Assembly: GCA_000697335.1 (NCBI GenBank)
Contig: JNEM01007401.1
Coordinates: 1 to 57,407, forward strand
Reading direction: 5' to 3'
Length of the DNA: 57,407 bases
Origin: Conidiobolus incongruus B7586
Lineage: Eukaryota
Shown here: positions 12,038 through 25,444 of the stretch, piece after piece
Position numbering within the stretch: position 1 is the first letter of the stretch
How the letters are laid out: each line of letters starts with the position of its first letter
Made by a program: the position numbers and the translations under genes
The notes under the pieces: generated by a model
What the model saw: only the letters and a program-made list of their open reading frames with translations
Database searches by the model: none
What the model was told of the DNA's origin: nothing

Positions 12038-14151
12038 ATGTACTCTGATAATATTTCAACTGGCAATCGTGGAAGAGGTCGTGGAAGAGGTGGCTTCCAT
12101 TATGGAGGTAGTGGTCGTTCTTCCAGTGGTTTTGATGAAAGTCGTCTAGGTCCCTTAAACGATTATGACGGAAGTTCCAAAAACCCTAGAAATAACAATA
12201 ATTTGAATTGGAATTCCAATAATATTGATAACTCTAGAGGCCCAAGAAATAATAGAAATACTAATTTTAATAACAGGTACTTTTAATTTAACTAATTACT
12301 AATTTTCTAATTTTTATCATTTACTCAATTAATTCATAATTTTCAAGTAATCAAGGAAATACTCAAAATTTGCCGCCTAATCCAGCTGTCATTGAGGTAA
12401 AATTCTGAAATTCACTCTTAATATTTTTTTATTTAACTTTTAGGTGTAGATCCTCAATTATATTGGCAATAATGAAAATGCTTTAGCCGACTTTTTGAAA
12501 AAGAGAGCTAGTACGAGAGTTGAAATTTTATCTATTCGCGCAACTGAGAATGGCCGCATTCAGATGTTGATTTCAAATCTTACTCAAGCTAGAGCTCTCA
12601 GCCAATTGTCAAATACTAATTTTTCAGGCAGAAATCTAACTATTCAACTCATGCCCAAACACGTCGCCGATAAATGGACTCAAGAGTACGACTCTGGCAC
12701 ACCTAATGTTTCTGTAGAAGCTTGGATCAAGGTTATGACACCTCGATATAATCCCAATGCCCGACTACTCGATTTGAGTAAAATAGAATCCGAGCCTCTA
12801 GTGATCCAACACAATTTACTTGGTGGACGCCCGTTCAACAAACAAATTTGTACCGTTTTAATACGTATCATCTCTCAACAATTCCCTGATATCGTATCTA
12901 TTAGCTTTGATAATAACTATATCGAAAGATTGAGTGATTTCTCGGCAATGAACCAATTCTTACCTAATATCCAAAACTTATCCTTTAGAAATAATCGCTT
13001 AATGACAATGAAAGATCTTGAAGGACTGTGTTCTCCAGGCGAATTGCCTCAGCTCACAGAGTTACTTTTATTTGATAATCCAGTTAGAGATGCAAGTATT
13101 AAGCGAGATGGTGATGATTCTACCTTTAGAGCTAACGTTTCAGCTATGTACCCTCAACTCAAACAATTAGATGGAGGTCCTTGTACTCCTTCTATCCAGT
13201 TTGGCCTATCGATGGCTGGAAGTGCTGCTTCCAAAGACGACTTCACTCCTCAAATATTGCCCAGTTTTTATGGTTCCGACATTGCTATGAATACTGCCGC
13301 AAATTTCCTGAATAAATTTTTCGTCTGTTACGATAGCAACAGAAATGCACTTGGTAATGTATATGATCCCAGTGCCTTTTTCTCAATAGATATGTCTACT
13401 CATCTTTTCAAACCTCCTAAATTCACAAACCATAAAGTAAGATGGAGTGACTATCGAACTTTCAACAGGAACCATACCCAAACTGAAGTCTCTACCAGCC
13501 CATCTCAAAGATTAGCCTTTGGTAACCAAATGATTGTTGACTTGCTCTCTAAACTTCCTTCCACCACTCATCAAATCAGTGACCCTTCTAAAGTTGTCGT
13601 TGACTCTTGGATGTTACCAGATCTTTATCCACTTGGTGCTGCTCCTGGAACTCCTCAGGGTCAATATTTATTTGTTGTTGTACATGGTGAATTTACTGAT
13701 TCAGCCTCAAACAACCTCTCCAGATCTTTCGATCGTACTTTCATACTAAAGCCCGCTCCCGAGAGTTCACCAGCTGCTATGGAAGGCTGGCAAGTGATGA
13801 TTATGAGTGATACTTTGACTTTGAGATCCTACTCAAACCCCAAAAACTTCGCTCCAACCCCTCCTCCTTCAACTTCTGTCCAATCTTCAATCAATTCTCC
13901 TGCAGTTACTCCAGGTTTACCTCAACCCACACCCGAACAACAAAACATGCTCAACGCATTACATCAAAAGACAGGATTAAATTACGAATATTCGTACAAA
14001 TGTCTCAGTGGTAACAATTGGAACCTTGAACAAGCTTACCAAAACTTTTTACAATTACAGGTATATTGAATCATCTATTTCCAATAACTAAAGCTCATCT
14101 ATTTTATTTTAGGGTAATAATCAAATTCCACCCGAAGCTTTTAACAAATAA
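12038..14151 (+). CDS. MEX67: mRNA export factor Mex67/NXF1 (exons 12038-12276, 12348-12396, 12450-14060, 14113-14151)
   Basis: RG-rich N-terminus, LRR (LDLS, LSFRNNRL, LFDNP), NTF2-like domain (VVHGEF, RSFDRTFIL) and TAP-C/UBA (KTGLN..YS.KCL..NNW). The spliced last exon gives the canonical IPPEAF. GT-AG introns keep frame. Confidence 0.93.
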
Positions 14152-14564
14152 ATTTAAAATACTGGACATAAAAATTTATTCTATTATCGAGTTTTAATAG
14201 AAAATTGTGAATTAATAAAAACCATTCAATGAATCATTTTGGGTCAATAATCTCCAGATTTAATAAAATTTATTATTTATAAATTTTTAAATGTATTATT
14301 TTTGTCATAGAATATTTAATCAAAATAGGTTTATATCTAGAATAAAAATTTCCATCAGTTAATTTTTTAAATTAATCATTTTATAAAAATGAGCTTTTAT
14401 ATATTTGATTAGAATTTAAGAGTTATAATTAAAGTTGTTACATAAACTTATATTTTAATTCTTAATGATTGTATCAATATTTTTTGATATCCTTTTAGTG
14501 TTTAAATTAATTAATGAAACATTTTATTAAATGAATTAAATATGGTTTTATTGTTATTTATCTA

Positions 14565-14596
14565 TTAGTATAGAAATTAAGAAATGGTAAATTTTT
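14565..14596 (+). repeat. Left terminal inverted repeat of the mariner
   Basis: TTAGTATAGAAATTAAGAAATGGTAAATTTTT, preceded by TA. Confidence 0.88.
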
Positions 14597-14754
14597 TAAT
14601 TTCTGATCTTTCAAACATATTATACATTTTGAAAGATTATATATATATAAAATATATAGGAAAATAAATATTTTCAAACTATATATATATATTCAATTTT
14701 AATTATTTTTTTATTAAAATATTTTGATTTTAAAATTTACACTTAAATTTAATT

Positions 14755-15790
14755 ATGTTTAAATTAGATTATAATTATCAAAAGATTTTTATTTTTGTAT
14801 TTTTAAAACTTAACTATAAACCTTTTAAAATCATTTAAAACTTATAAACAACTTATAAAGATAGTGTTTTATCTAAAACTATTATATATTGCTAGATTTA
14901 TGATTTTAAAGCTAGAAAAGACACTATTTAAAATTTACTAAAATTTAAAAGATTAATTTCTACTGTTATTTTTTTACTTATTAATAAAGTAAAAAAATAT
15001 ATTAAGAAATATCTTTTTATTTTTGTTAAAGAATTATTAAAGTAATTTAATGTTAATTATACAAACATATTATATTTACTTAAGTTTAAACTTAAATTAA
15101 TTAATAAAAATATAAAATAGATACCTTATAATTTAATAAAAGCTTAAAAGAAAATTAAAATAGCTATAGCTAAATTAAATTTATTAAAGTATAACTAAAA
15201 ACAAAGGTTTTTACAGTAAATACTTACAATTAATAAATTTTAAATTCTTTTATATAATCCTTTACTTAAAAATAAAACAAAATGTTAGGTTAAGTTAAAT
15301 TAATCCCCTTTATAAATTCTAATGAATAAACACTTTAAATATAAACAAATGTTAATTATTATAATAAATTATAATAGTATATAGTTTTTTTATTTAATAC
15401 TTTAAAGAAAATTAATTAATAGTAAATTATATATTATTTTTTTAAATAAAATAATTTTTAAATAGTATTTTTAATATAAATTAAAGACACTTATTATTTT
15501 ATATAATAATTATAAAATACATAAAGTTAAAGTTGTAAAAGTTTTTTTATATAAAAAAAATTAAAAGGAGTTATTATATCTAGTATATTTACTTGATTAT
15601 AACTTATGTGATTATAATTGTTTTAGAGAATTAAAAAAACAGCTTATAGGGAAAAAAATTCTTGTAAACAAATTAAATTGGTTTGTGAAACATTAAATTT
15701 TAGTTTTTAATAAAAAGAACTGTTTTTTAAGTATTAGAAATTTATTAAAGGTATAGAAAAGAGTTATTAATAATAAAAAAGCTATTAATT
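14755..15790 (+). pseudogene. Mariner transposase pseudogene
   Basis: Single frame from ATG 14755. YKDSVLS..IYC*..FKARK...NLLKFKRL matches YGD..LS..VY.W..FK.GR..D.PRSGRP. K*IPYNL matches WVPHEL. TINKF* matches T.DE.W (D1 15232). ILYNN..IH matches LHDN..H (D2 15505). LLYLVYLLDYNLCDY matches LPHP.YSPD..PCDY (D3 15610, 34 residues after D2). SIRNLLKV*KRVI matches GI..LP.RW.KV. Confidence 0.92.
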
Positions 15791-15850
15791 TTATATTATT
15801 CATTAATTTTTATATATTATTTATTAATTTATTTGTTTAATTTTAATTTT

Positions 15851-15882
15851 AAAATTGTACCATTACTTAATTTCTACACTAA
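15851..15882 (-). repeat. Right terminal inverted repeat of the mariner
   Basis: Reverse complement is TTAGTGTAGAAATTAAGTAATGGTACAATTTT; TA follows on the + strand. Confidence 0.88.
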
Positions 15883-17234
15883 TATTAAAGTAATATATAA
15901 ATTATATTAAAAATATAATAATTAATTATTGAATATCATTTATTAATACTAATACTGATATTTGATATATTGACAATAAAAACTAATACAAGAAAATTTT
16001 GTAAGAGTTTCTTTTAAATATGTATTAATAATATAATCAACATATCAGATTATATTACTAGCTTTGAGTATTATTTTAGAGATAAAGTTAAAAAAGTTAA
16101 TGTATAATCTCATATATTAATTTATTTTTGAAAAGTATTTCTATTTTGAGATTGAAATTATTATTAAATTTAGGCAGTATTCAAATGATTTATAATTACC
16201 ACTCATGTTTTTTAAAATAACTCATCATAAGACTAATTATATATGAATATTTATCACTCATTTAAGTATTTATTTCATTTTTTCAGGAATAATTTTCAAA
16301 TTTATCATAAATTAGAAAATTATATTTAAATATAAAATGTATAATAAAATTAAAATATAAGTAATTGAATCTAATTTATGACTGTTTAATAGAATATTAA
16401 GAATATTTATTTTTAACGAAATTATATATATATAATTGGAGAATATAAAAGTAAAATAATTTTGGTTAAATATTTGCCTAAATAATAAATAGTATTAGCT
16501 GATTGAATCTCTTTTTTGTATTTATCAAATGCAAAATAAACATACTTTGATAAAGAATATAATATAATATAATGTATTATAAAGTTAAAATAGTATATTA
16601 AAAATAAAATAATGGATATATTTTAAATTCTAATCATTTTTGAACTTGAATCAATAATAATTCATGATGACATAAGCAACTTGACTTTATAGTATATAAT
16701 GACTTTGATACTATTGGATAAATTAAAATCAAAACAATGGATATGATGTGGAAAATATATCTTATTATATAATTACTGAATCATATCCGCTCAAATATCC
16801 TAATATCCAAACAGAGTATGCTTAATTTATGAACTAATAACATTGGTTTTGAGTGTATTATACTCAAACACAATATATTCAAACTATCCATTACATTGGA
16901 TTTTCCTAGAAATATTAAATCATTGTAATTTTTGATAAATCAATATGGATAGGGGCAAATATTTTAATTAAAGAACTAGTTGTTGATTGATTTAGCTTAA
17001 GTTGATTGGATGCTGGAGAGGTGTACGCAAAATTCACAATTTAACCCAATTGAATTGCCCAATCAAAAAATATTACCAATTATTTGATAGATTGGTTAAT
17101 TCAATAAAATCTGATCAAATATTATTTTAATGAGAAAGAATTAGGATCAACAAACAACTCTTTATTACTTTGTCATTTTAAGAGCAAATAAACTTCATTT
17201 ATCAAGTATTTCTCTTTGTGTCTTATTGTTTAAT

Positions 17235-19230
17235 ATGCTTAGTAAAAAGACAAATACTCCTCAGGTATGTATATTCTGTTACAATCTTCATTTCTCTTCC
17301 GATTAAATCATTTTGATCTTTGGCTGTTCTGAATTTTTTATTTCAATTTTTTTGTTCTGTGTCAAAATCCAATCCTATTATATCTTGAATATTGTATTTT
17401 TAAAGAGATTATCTTTGTGGTTTTCAACTTTGCTTATTTTACGATTTCTTTAACTAGATCAAATCTGAAGTGGAGTTCAACGCTTATTTTAAAGAAGTCA
17501 AGCAAGAATTTTCCGAGGCAGAATCCGAGCATAATTGGAGTAAGTTTGCTAAAAGATTTGAAGAATTATCTCAAATCTGCCCCAGTTGTCACAATTATCC
17601 TTCTTTTTTGGAAGGTATTCGTAAAGTCAGGGATTGCTTAAGTAATAGTTTACTTACTGAACGCACTACTCTCTCACTTAAGACTATGGATTTCGTTGCC
17701 ACTTTAGCTAAAGTTACTCAGAAAAATTTCGCCCCTTATTTGGAGCTCGTTATGAGTCCTTTATTAAAAATCACTGGTAAAACTAATAAGGTTTTTGTAC
17801 GTAAGGCAGTTACCACTCTCAAAGCTATTATTACTGATACTAAGTTACCCGCCATCCTCCCATACATTGCCACTAATTTTTCCAGTAAAAGCAAGCAGCA
17901 ACGTATTTATGCCAGTGAGCTTTTGCTCAGTTGTATGAATTCAATCTCATCTAAAGATCTTGAAGTTCATTTAAATATTATTGTCAACAGTATTAAAAAT
18001 GGCGTCATTGATGCTGATCCAGAGGTTAGAACTACATGCAAAAATGTATTCGAGAAATTCAAAAAGATTTATCCTGAATCTACACAAGACCTTATCAGTG
18101 TCTTATGTGATACTGCCAAGAAGAATCTCAAAATTAATGGTGGTGCTACTTCATCAATCTCTACATTGAGCAGATCTAAGTCATCGATTTTTCCTAAAGC
18201 TAATCCAAGATCTACTCTCAGTGGCGCATCTAAGCCAATAACTCAATCTGCTAATGGTGCCAGACCAACCCAATCCAAAGTATCTCAACCTACTACTACT
18301 ACTACTACTACTACTGTTAAGCCAAGACCTATAGCCAATCCTGTTTCGAGACTCGCTGCTCGTTCTCTATCTGGAAATTCTAGAATCAGTCCCAACACTG
18401 TTGCTAGAAAACCGCCCACCATTCCTAACCGCACCAATGTAATCACTTCCTCTCGTACGGCTATCAGTCCCACCAGATCATCGGTCAAAAGACCTTCTGT
18501 GCCTAGTCACAGTTCATCAATTAATCAAGCTTCTAAACTTGTTAGATCCAATAACTCAACTGCTATTCCTACCAAGACCAATAGCTCTGGATCCACTACT
18601 GCATCTATTCTTGCCAAATCTCGCTCTGTTTTGAGCACTGCTCGATCATCTATTAGTAAACCACCCACAACTTCTGCTATTTCATCAACTAATCAGTCAT
18701 CCAAGCTTGTCAGATCCAACAATTTATCTGCTGTTCCTGTCAGCACCATTACCCCCACCTCGACCACTTCCGTTGAGCCTAAACCAATTAAAAATTATTT
18801 CAAATATGATAGAGCTCACGAGGTAATGGCACAATCCGGCGCTGAAATTGTTAAATCCAGCACCTCTCTTTCACAATCTTCTGTTACTAAGAAGCCTAAG
18901 CCTGAGTCAGCTGTCACTTACACTCCTATTGAGAAGCCAATAGCAAATGCTTCAGAACCTTCCAAATCCGCTGTTTCTACTTTCTCTTCTACTACCTCGA
19001 TACCCACTGATAGTGCATCTCAACCCTTTTCCAGAACCCCTAGAAATTCATTCCCTGGTGACTTTGATATGCCACCTTATTCTATAATTAACACCCTTTC
19101 CCCCAGAATGAGTGAGAGTAGTACCCCATCATCACCACATAATAAGCGCGTTATTGACTTATCTAGTGTTCAAGATGCCAAAATTAGTGATGGCAGCTTG
19201 TCCACAAATCCAAACAGAACATCCGCATAG
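17235..19230 (+). CDS. CLASP/Stu1-like protein (one TOG/CLASP_N HEAT domain plus S/T/R-rich tail); exons 17235-17264, 17458-19230
   Basis: ESEHNW, SLLTERTTLS, LLKITGKTNKVF and GVIDADPEVR are typical of CLASP_N. The short ATG exon (MLSKKTNTPQ|gtatgt ... ctag|) splices in frame. Confidence 0.82.
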
Positions 19231-22200
19231 CTTTAATATTATATCTAATGATCAGCTCCAAATATCACTGAAATTACCATCACAATATTTATTTTCCCAT
19301 ATCTAGAACTCTGTTGATTCTTTTTAATCCCGAATTAAGTACAGTAGGTTAAATTTTCTGTATATAACTAAGGATCTTTTGCATCCTTCTGGCTTATTAT
19401 AACATTTAATTAAGATTTTGATTATTCATATGCATTGGATATTTTATGTTTTACTTTATTAATAAATTCTAGTCAAATAATTATAAACATATTGTTATTT
19501 TTAATTTACAATTGTATATACATGATATGCATTTAAATGATTACAAATCAATCCCATAACTGATTAATTATGAATAAACGAATATATAATTAGGTCGAAA
19601 TTGGCATAAATTATAAACAATATCAATTATAAAGAATGGACAAATTATGAAACTTAATAACAGGAAGACAATTCTTAGTAATTTTTGGAATTCCTATTAT
19701 TTTAGGTGGAAGTTATATGTGTTATAAATTGAGAGAATTTTTCAAGTCTAGACTTGATTCTAATTCTTTAATGAATCATAAGTAGTTAATTAATACTATT
19801 GTTATCAGATTCAATATTAATAATTATATTTTTATTTAAAATTACATTAATTTGATTCAAACTCAAGTAATTTTACTTATTTAATATAATATTATCATTA
19901 TTTCTGATTTTTAGAACACTGACAATTTATCGGATATAGAATTAAGTTTAAAGCGTGAACAATCCAAGTAAATAATTTTTGATATTATACTAACTTTATT
20001 TCATTAAGCATTATTAAATTAGATTGAAATACACAATATTAAAAATAGAAGAGGTGACTTTAAGAAGGTTGATAGCAATATTAATCAATTAAATCATTAA
20101 GTTTATATTTATTGGTTGATTTTACTAATAAAAGTTTTGGTATATATTCTTTATTGGGTGGAATAATAGAATATTATTACATTATATTATATCAAGATTA
20201 TTATTTACATTTATCGTCATTTATTTCTATTTTCAAATGAACATGATTCTCATATTATATTAATTAAATATATATATCGACAATACATACACTTAATTAA
20301 ATTCTTGAGATCTTATCTGTGATATAACAAAATTAATACATATAGCAGCAAAACCACCATTATCCAATTTTTTTCAGCCATAAGGCTTTTTAGGCATTTT
20401 CACTACAAAATGCTATTAGTCTTTAATATTGAATAGTTTTTATCATGCTATTTCAACATTTACTATGTATCTTATAATAATCTTTTAATGATTTCACTTT
20501 AAATCAACTTATCATTATAAATTAAATTTATTTGATTCAATATATCAAAATTTTGGTTTATTTTAACATTTTATTTAATTGTTATATTTAGTATAGTTTT
20601 AATATTACCAAGAACTTTTATTGTATTCCAATTTTCGAACTAAAATAATATAATGATTGTTTATTCATCATTGTATTGTTCATTATCATAATTTGAAAAT
20701 ATAAATATCACATTCAAATAGAGTTTTTAATAATTATGTATAATACAAATGTTCCCAATCTTCATGCTCGTTATCTGTGATATTGACTTAGAAATTAAAT
20801 ATTCAAGTTATAAATGTTGGATTGGATCAAAATTCTGTAATAATTTAATCAGTTAATGATTAATAATTTTGTGTAGTTATCCTTTTAAAATTTGGATAAC
20901 ATGAACTATTGTAATGGTGTAGAATTAGCGATAAAATATATAAAAATTATATGATTTATACTAGAAAGTTTAAAACATTCCGAAAATATTATTATATTTC
21001 TATCATTTATTATAATAAATATTTTTATACTGTTTTTATGAAAAAACTGTTAATGTTTTCAAATTTATTAGGATTGAATATTATAAGAATTGCTAGAACT
21101 TAGAATTTTATGATTTATAAATATCTTTATTAGAATAATAACCAAATAGCTATTTTATTTCAAAATTCAGAGTTATTTTGATGTATTCAATAATATTTAA
21201 TATTAAATTTGATTAATTGAGGAGTCAAATATAAAATTCATAATATTAAGTCTAATATGAATAAAATCAGTGCTGATACATATTGTGATCGATATATCAA
21301 CTCGATCATATCAATTATATCATTATTTTTCTTTTTTATTTGTGTTATTGCATTGGTTTAATTTTGAAATCTGGTATTATCTATTATTGAAGACTATTTA
21401 TTCCTATTATTAGAAAAATCTTTTTTGTTAAAATTATCATTCAGTAAATAGTATGATAGTTGATAAAAGTCATTCAATCATTTAAAATATCTGGAATAAA
21501 TTAATATTATTTATTCAAATCAAGTTGAAATTTGATATTCAACATGATATCATATATCAATTAGCTTTTATGATACATAATATAACTCTAGACATGTCTT
21601 AGGATTCTGTTGAATATTAAATAATATAATTTAATGGAACATGAATATATGATTGGTTGATAAAAAATATTTGGATCATTGCCATACGATAATATTAATT
21701 ATTAATAAACAATGAATGAGAAAAGTATCTTGTAAAAAATGATTCCGTCTTTAATGTATTTAAATACTTATCAATTGGAACATCTCTATATATAACAGTG
21801 AAAATTAAATTTAATTATCAGACATTTTATTGCGATTAATAGCAAAATTCCTTACAAGAAACGAAAAATTTCAGGAATGGCGAGTTACCTTGCTTAGTTC
21901 ATGTACCATACCTATATTCCAAAATGACTAATATTAAATACTTAATTTATTAAAACACCAAACATATTCCATTTCTTTCAATTTTTAAACTTAATTTGAC
22001 TAAAAATTTGTATAATTGAATATTTTCAAATTAAATTGACTAATCAGCTATATGAATCCAATTTTACTCATAAATCTGGTGATTTTCTTTTTTTGGTTTT
22101 TACAAGATCATCATGTTTTGCATCTGATTGGTTCAAATTGTAACTAGACAATAAATCGAAAATATAAAGAAAAATTGATAACCCTGAGTATAAAGTTTGG

Positions 22201-22547
22201 TTATATTAATTGAAAATAAAATAAAGATAATGAAGCTAATATGACATTTTAAAATTATTAATAAAATTGAAAGTAATCTATGTAATAATCGAGGTAATAG
22301 TGATAAATTATTGGTTAGAAAGTTAGGATACAAGCAAATTGTCATGTGAACAAATCAATTTGAATAATTTCAAGTGTTTACAGTACAGATTTGGTGATTC
22401 AAACCCATAAATTAATAATCAAATCAACCAATAAATTATATAATCTCATATTTAAGTTGAATTCAACATCATTCATCTATAAACAATTAATAAATGATAT
22501 TAGCAGTAGTGAAATATTTAAAATAATCAAATTATATTAATTTTAAA

Positions 22548-25444
22548 ATGAGTTTTAATCAACACTTTGGTCATTTAAGCTCGAGCATTAACGGTAACTC
22601 TAATACTAAGATTACAAGTCCCACTAAAGAGCAATTACAAACAAAATTAATTAATAATAGTATCAAATTGAACAATTCAATATTAAACAATAACACAATA
22701 TCGTCTTCCAACGCTAATACTTTAAGTTCTAAAAGTAAGATTGCTTTTAGGAAAGAAATAATCACTCAAGAGAAAGGTAAAGATGGAGTTTCATTTTTGT
22801 TTTATACGTTTATTTTATTAACTAGCATTTATTTGTAGAACCTGTTGTTCCAAGTAACGGTGCTTGGGGTATTGTTTACGATCCTTGTCTTGATAAAAGG
22901 AAACCTAAGAAGCAACAGCTTCCAACATATGCACTATATATTCCAGATTCCAAAGCAGAGCCTGTCCAAATTCCAGATCCAAGGAATCATCACACAGATT
23001 CCCCATTTCAACCGAAGCCACTTTATGTTTCTTCATTTACGACCTCTGTGAAACATATTGATACATATCCATCTAGTTGTTTAATAGTAACTAATTTACA
23101 CCCTTCACTTACTCCGCACGATATCAAAGCACTATTTATTCTGTATGGACCCGTAACGCGTGTGCATTTAGAAGTGGATCCCAAAACAAATCAATCTATT
23201 GGTATAGCTCTAGTTCAATTTGGCGATGGTAACCTCAATAAATATGAAAATGCCAAAAGTATAAAACGTGCACTACAATTATCTCAAGGGAGACAAGTTG
23301 AAGGACAAACCATTTCGGTCACTCAAGAATCTGATTCAAATAGTTTTCCCTTAATTGTAAAAAGTTATTTCGATAAGATATATGCAAAAAAGACACCGAC
23401 ATCGAGATCGTCAACTTCAAATGTGACTCCATGTTTTTCTCCAGTTGGCAATGGTTCTCCTATTGGTGGAAAGTCTAGGCAAGTGGACCTCAAGCCACAC
23501 AATCCTCTCAGGCCGATGCATTTCGTTTTAATATCCCGAGAATGTATTCCTCGTACGCTGGCCACTATTGAACAGATAGCCGGGCTGGTGCGCTCATTTC
23601 ATCCATATTCGGTTCACTGGGAAGACCAGGGATATATTATCGCCTTTAAAGACTCTCGTGATATGCAACAGTGCTGTCGAGCGAAAAACCAATCAATATT
23701 TATGGGAAGATATTTGAGTCTTAACCCCATTCCATTTTCTCAGGTGCAACAGCCCCAACCCGATAACAACACTTATTTATTTAAATCTGATAATAACAAG
23801 TCAGATAGTCAATCGGTTTCATCTAATTCAAGCTCCTTTCATCGTGTACTTCGACAGTTGCAAACTGAGCTGGTGAAACTAGTGAGTAAAGATATTACCA
23901 ACCGAATTATCACACCATATCCCTCCGAGTATATGGAAAAAGTGTATCAGCCTCAGCAGAGGGAGCCTTCACCACCAACTTCTGTCTTATCTGATATCCC
24001 TTCTCTAACTTTCCAGCCAACTTCTCTTTCAGTCTCTTCGCTACCAAAAATCAAGAAAGTGAAAACATCTCATTCTACTTCAAAATCCATTACATCACAC
24101 AGTTATAAAAATACTTCATCAGTTCGCAACCGATTATCAAATCATCGCTATGATTCTAGACAGGTCGATGATGGCCTTAGCGATTCCGACTCTCGATCTA
24201 GTGATGAATCAAGTGACTATTATCGCGCAAGGCTTGGTCCATTTTCTTCTGATAACGAAGCACCCCGCTCTCCTTCTCCTGTTCCTGTTAAATCTGTCCT
24301 CAAAGGCTCTTATTCCAAGTCGGATCTGGTCAGCAAACGTATAGCATCTCCTGAACGAGGAAAAGCGTCTAGACCTGCTGTTGACTCACCTAGTCGAGTC
24401 ACAAAAGCTCCAAAATTGACTAAAAAGCAACATATTCACGATGGTCTTTCATCTGATAGTGATGAAAAAATAGAATCTGAGCTAGAGGAAGGAGAAGAAA
24501 AGGATGATTCTGACTATTATGAAGATGAAACTGAATCACCTGGCTCAAGCAAGAAATCAGTTGTAAAACCCAAACCACAGCCTTCAAAGATGACTGATCC
24601 TGTCACAGCTCTCAAGAAGGGTGCGAAACGGGTTGAGCGATCTCCCGCACCTCAGAAACGCGAAAGCTCGAAATCAATAGTGCGCTCTAAATCACAGATA
24701 TCTAATCGCAGTGGCACATCATCTCAAGTACCTGATGTAGCTACTCAGCCCGAATCCACGTTAGAAGAAAATATCGATGTTCCTCTTCCCGAACACTCTA
24801 CCGGTAGTGCCAGAACAGAGGGCTTTTACAAAGTCCCGCCAGAGTTAAAGAAACTCAGAATTCGACCCACGTTGAGAGCCATTCCTCAACACGTATCTAA
24901 AGTGAGTAGTCGTATGAATCGCGCAAATAATCGTCGTCAACTGTCACATCTGAACCACTTTATGGAGAAGAATAATGCATCGTCAGATCTACTCAACTCC
25001 AATCAACTTCAGGTCAGAAGAAAACAACTCCAATTCGCATCTTCTGGTATCCACGATTTAGGACTATTCTCAATGGAATTTATCCCTGCAAACGATCTCG
25101 TTATCGAATATATTGGGGAAGTCATCCGTCAAAAGGTAGCAGATCTCCGGGAAAAGGAGTACGAGGCGCGAGGTATCGGGTCATCCTACTTATTCAGGAT
25201 TGACGATGACAATGTTATCGATGCAACCGTCATGGGAAATATGGCTCGTTTCATCAATCATAGCTGTATTCCAAACTGCAACGCAAAGGTAATTACGGTA
25301 GAGGGCAAGAAAAAGATTGTAATTTATGCGAAGAGAGATATTCATCCAATGGAAGAGATCACTTATGACTATAAATTCCCAATTGAGGATGATAAGATTA
25401 AGTGTCTCTGTAATCATGAAAAGTGTAGAGGATATTTAAATTGA
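22548..25444 (+). CDS. SET1: Histone H3K4 methyltransferase Set1 (exons 22548-22776, 22839-25444)
   Basis: VYDP.LDK N-terminal motif, [16 protein letters not shown] and [13 protein letters not shown] domain ([30 protein letters not shown]) and post-SET C.C....CRGYLN. A phase-1 intron at 22777-22838 joins the frames. Confidence 0.96.

Larger units (their letters stand above)
14565..15882 (+). mobile_element. Full-length (1318 bp) mariner DD34D element, hypermutated
   Basis: 32-bp TIRs (28/32 identical), flanked by TA on both sides (14563-14564, 15883-15884), enclosing a frame-intact dead transposase. Confidence 0.92.

Noticed and set aside
12441..12449. Alternative Mex67 acceptor AG at 12442-12443
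   Set aside because: It would introduce GTG TAG (stop); the AG at 12448-12449 keeps the frame.
14755..15790. Stop-codon reassignment (TAA/TAG read as sense) as an explanation for the mariner stops
   Set aside because: Host genes end in TAA/TAG and have no internal stops. The stops replace both Trp and Gln, and two catalytic Asp residues are also mutated.
20340..21960. Possible decayed Zn2Cys6/fungal transcription-factor gene on the minus strand
   Set aside because: Only scattered Cys and FINYH-like hints among many stops; no coherent motif spacing.
22030..22345. 70-aa minus-strand ORF divergent from SET1 with a possible second exon
   Set aside because: No recognisable homology and a weak donor site.
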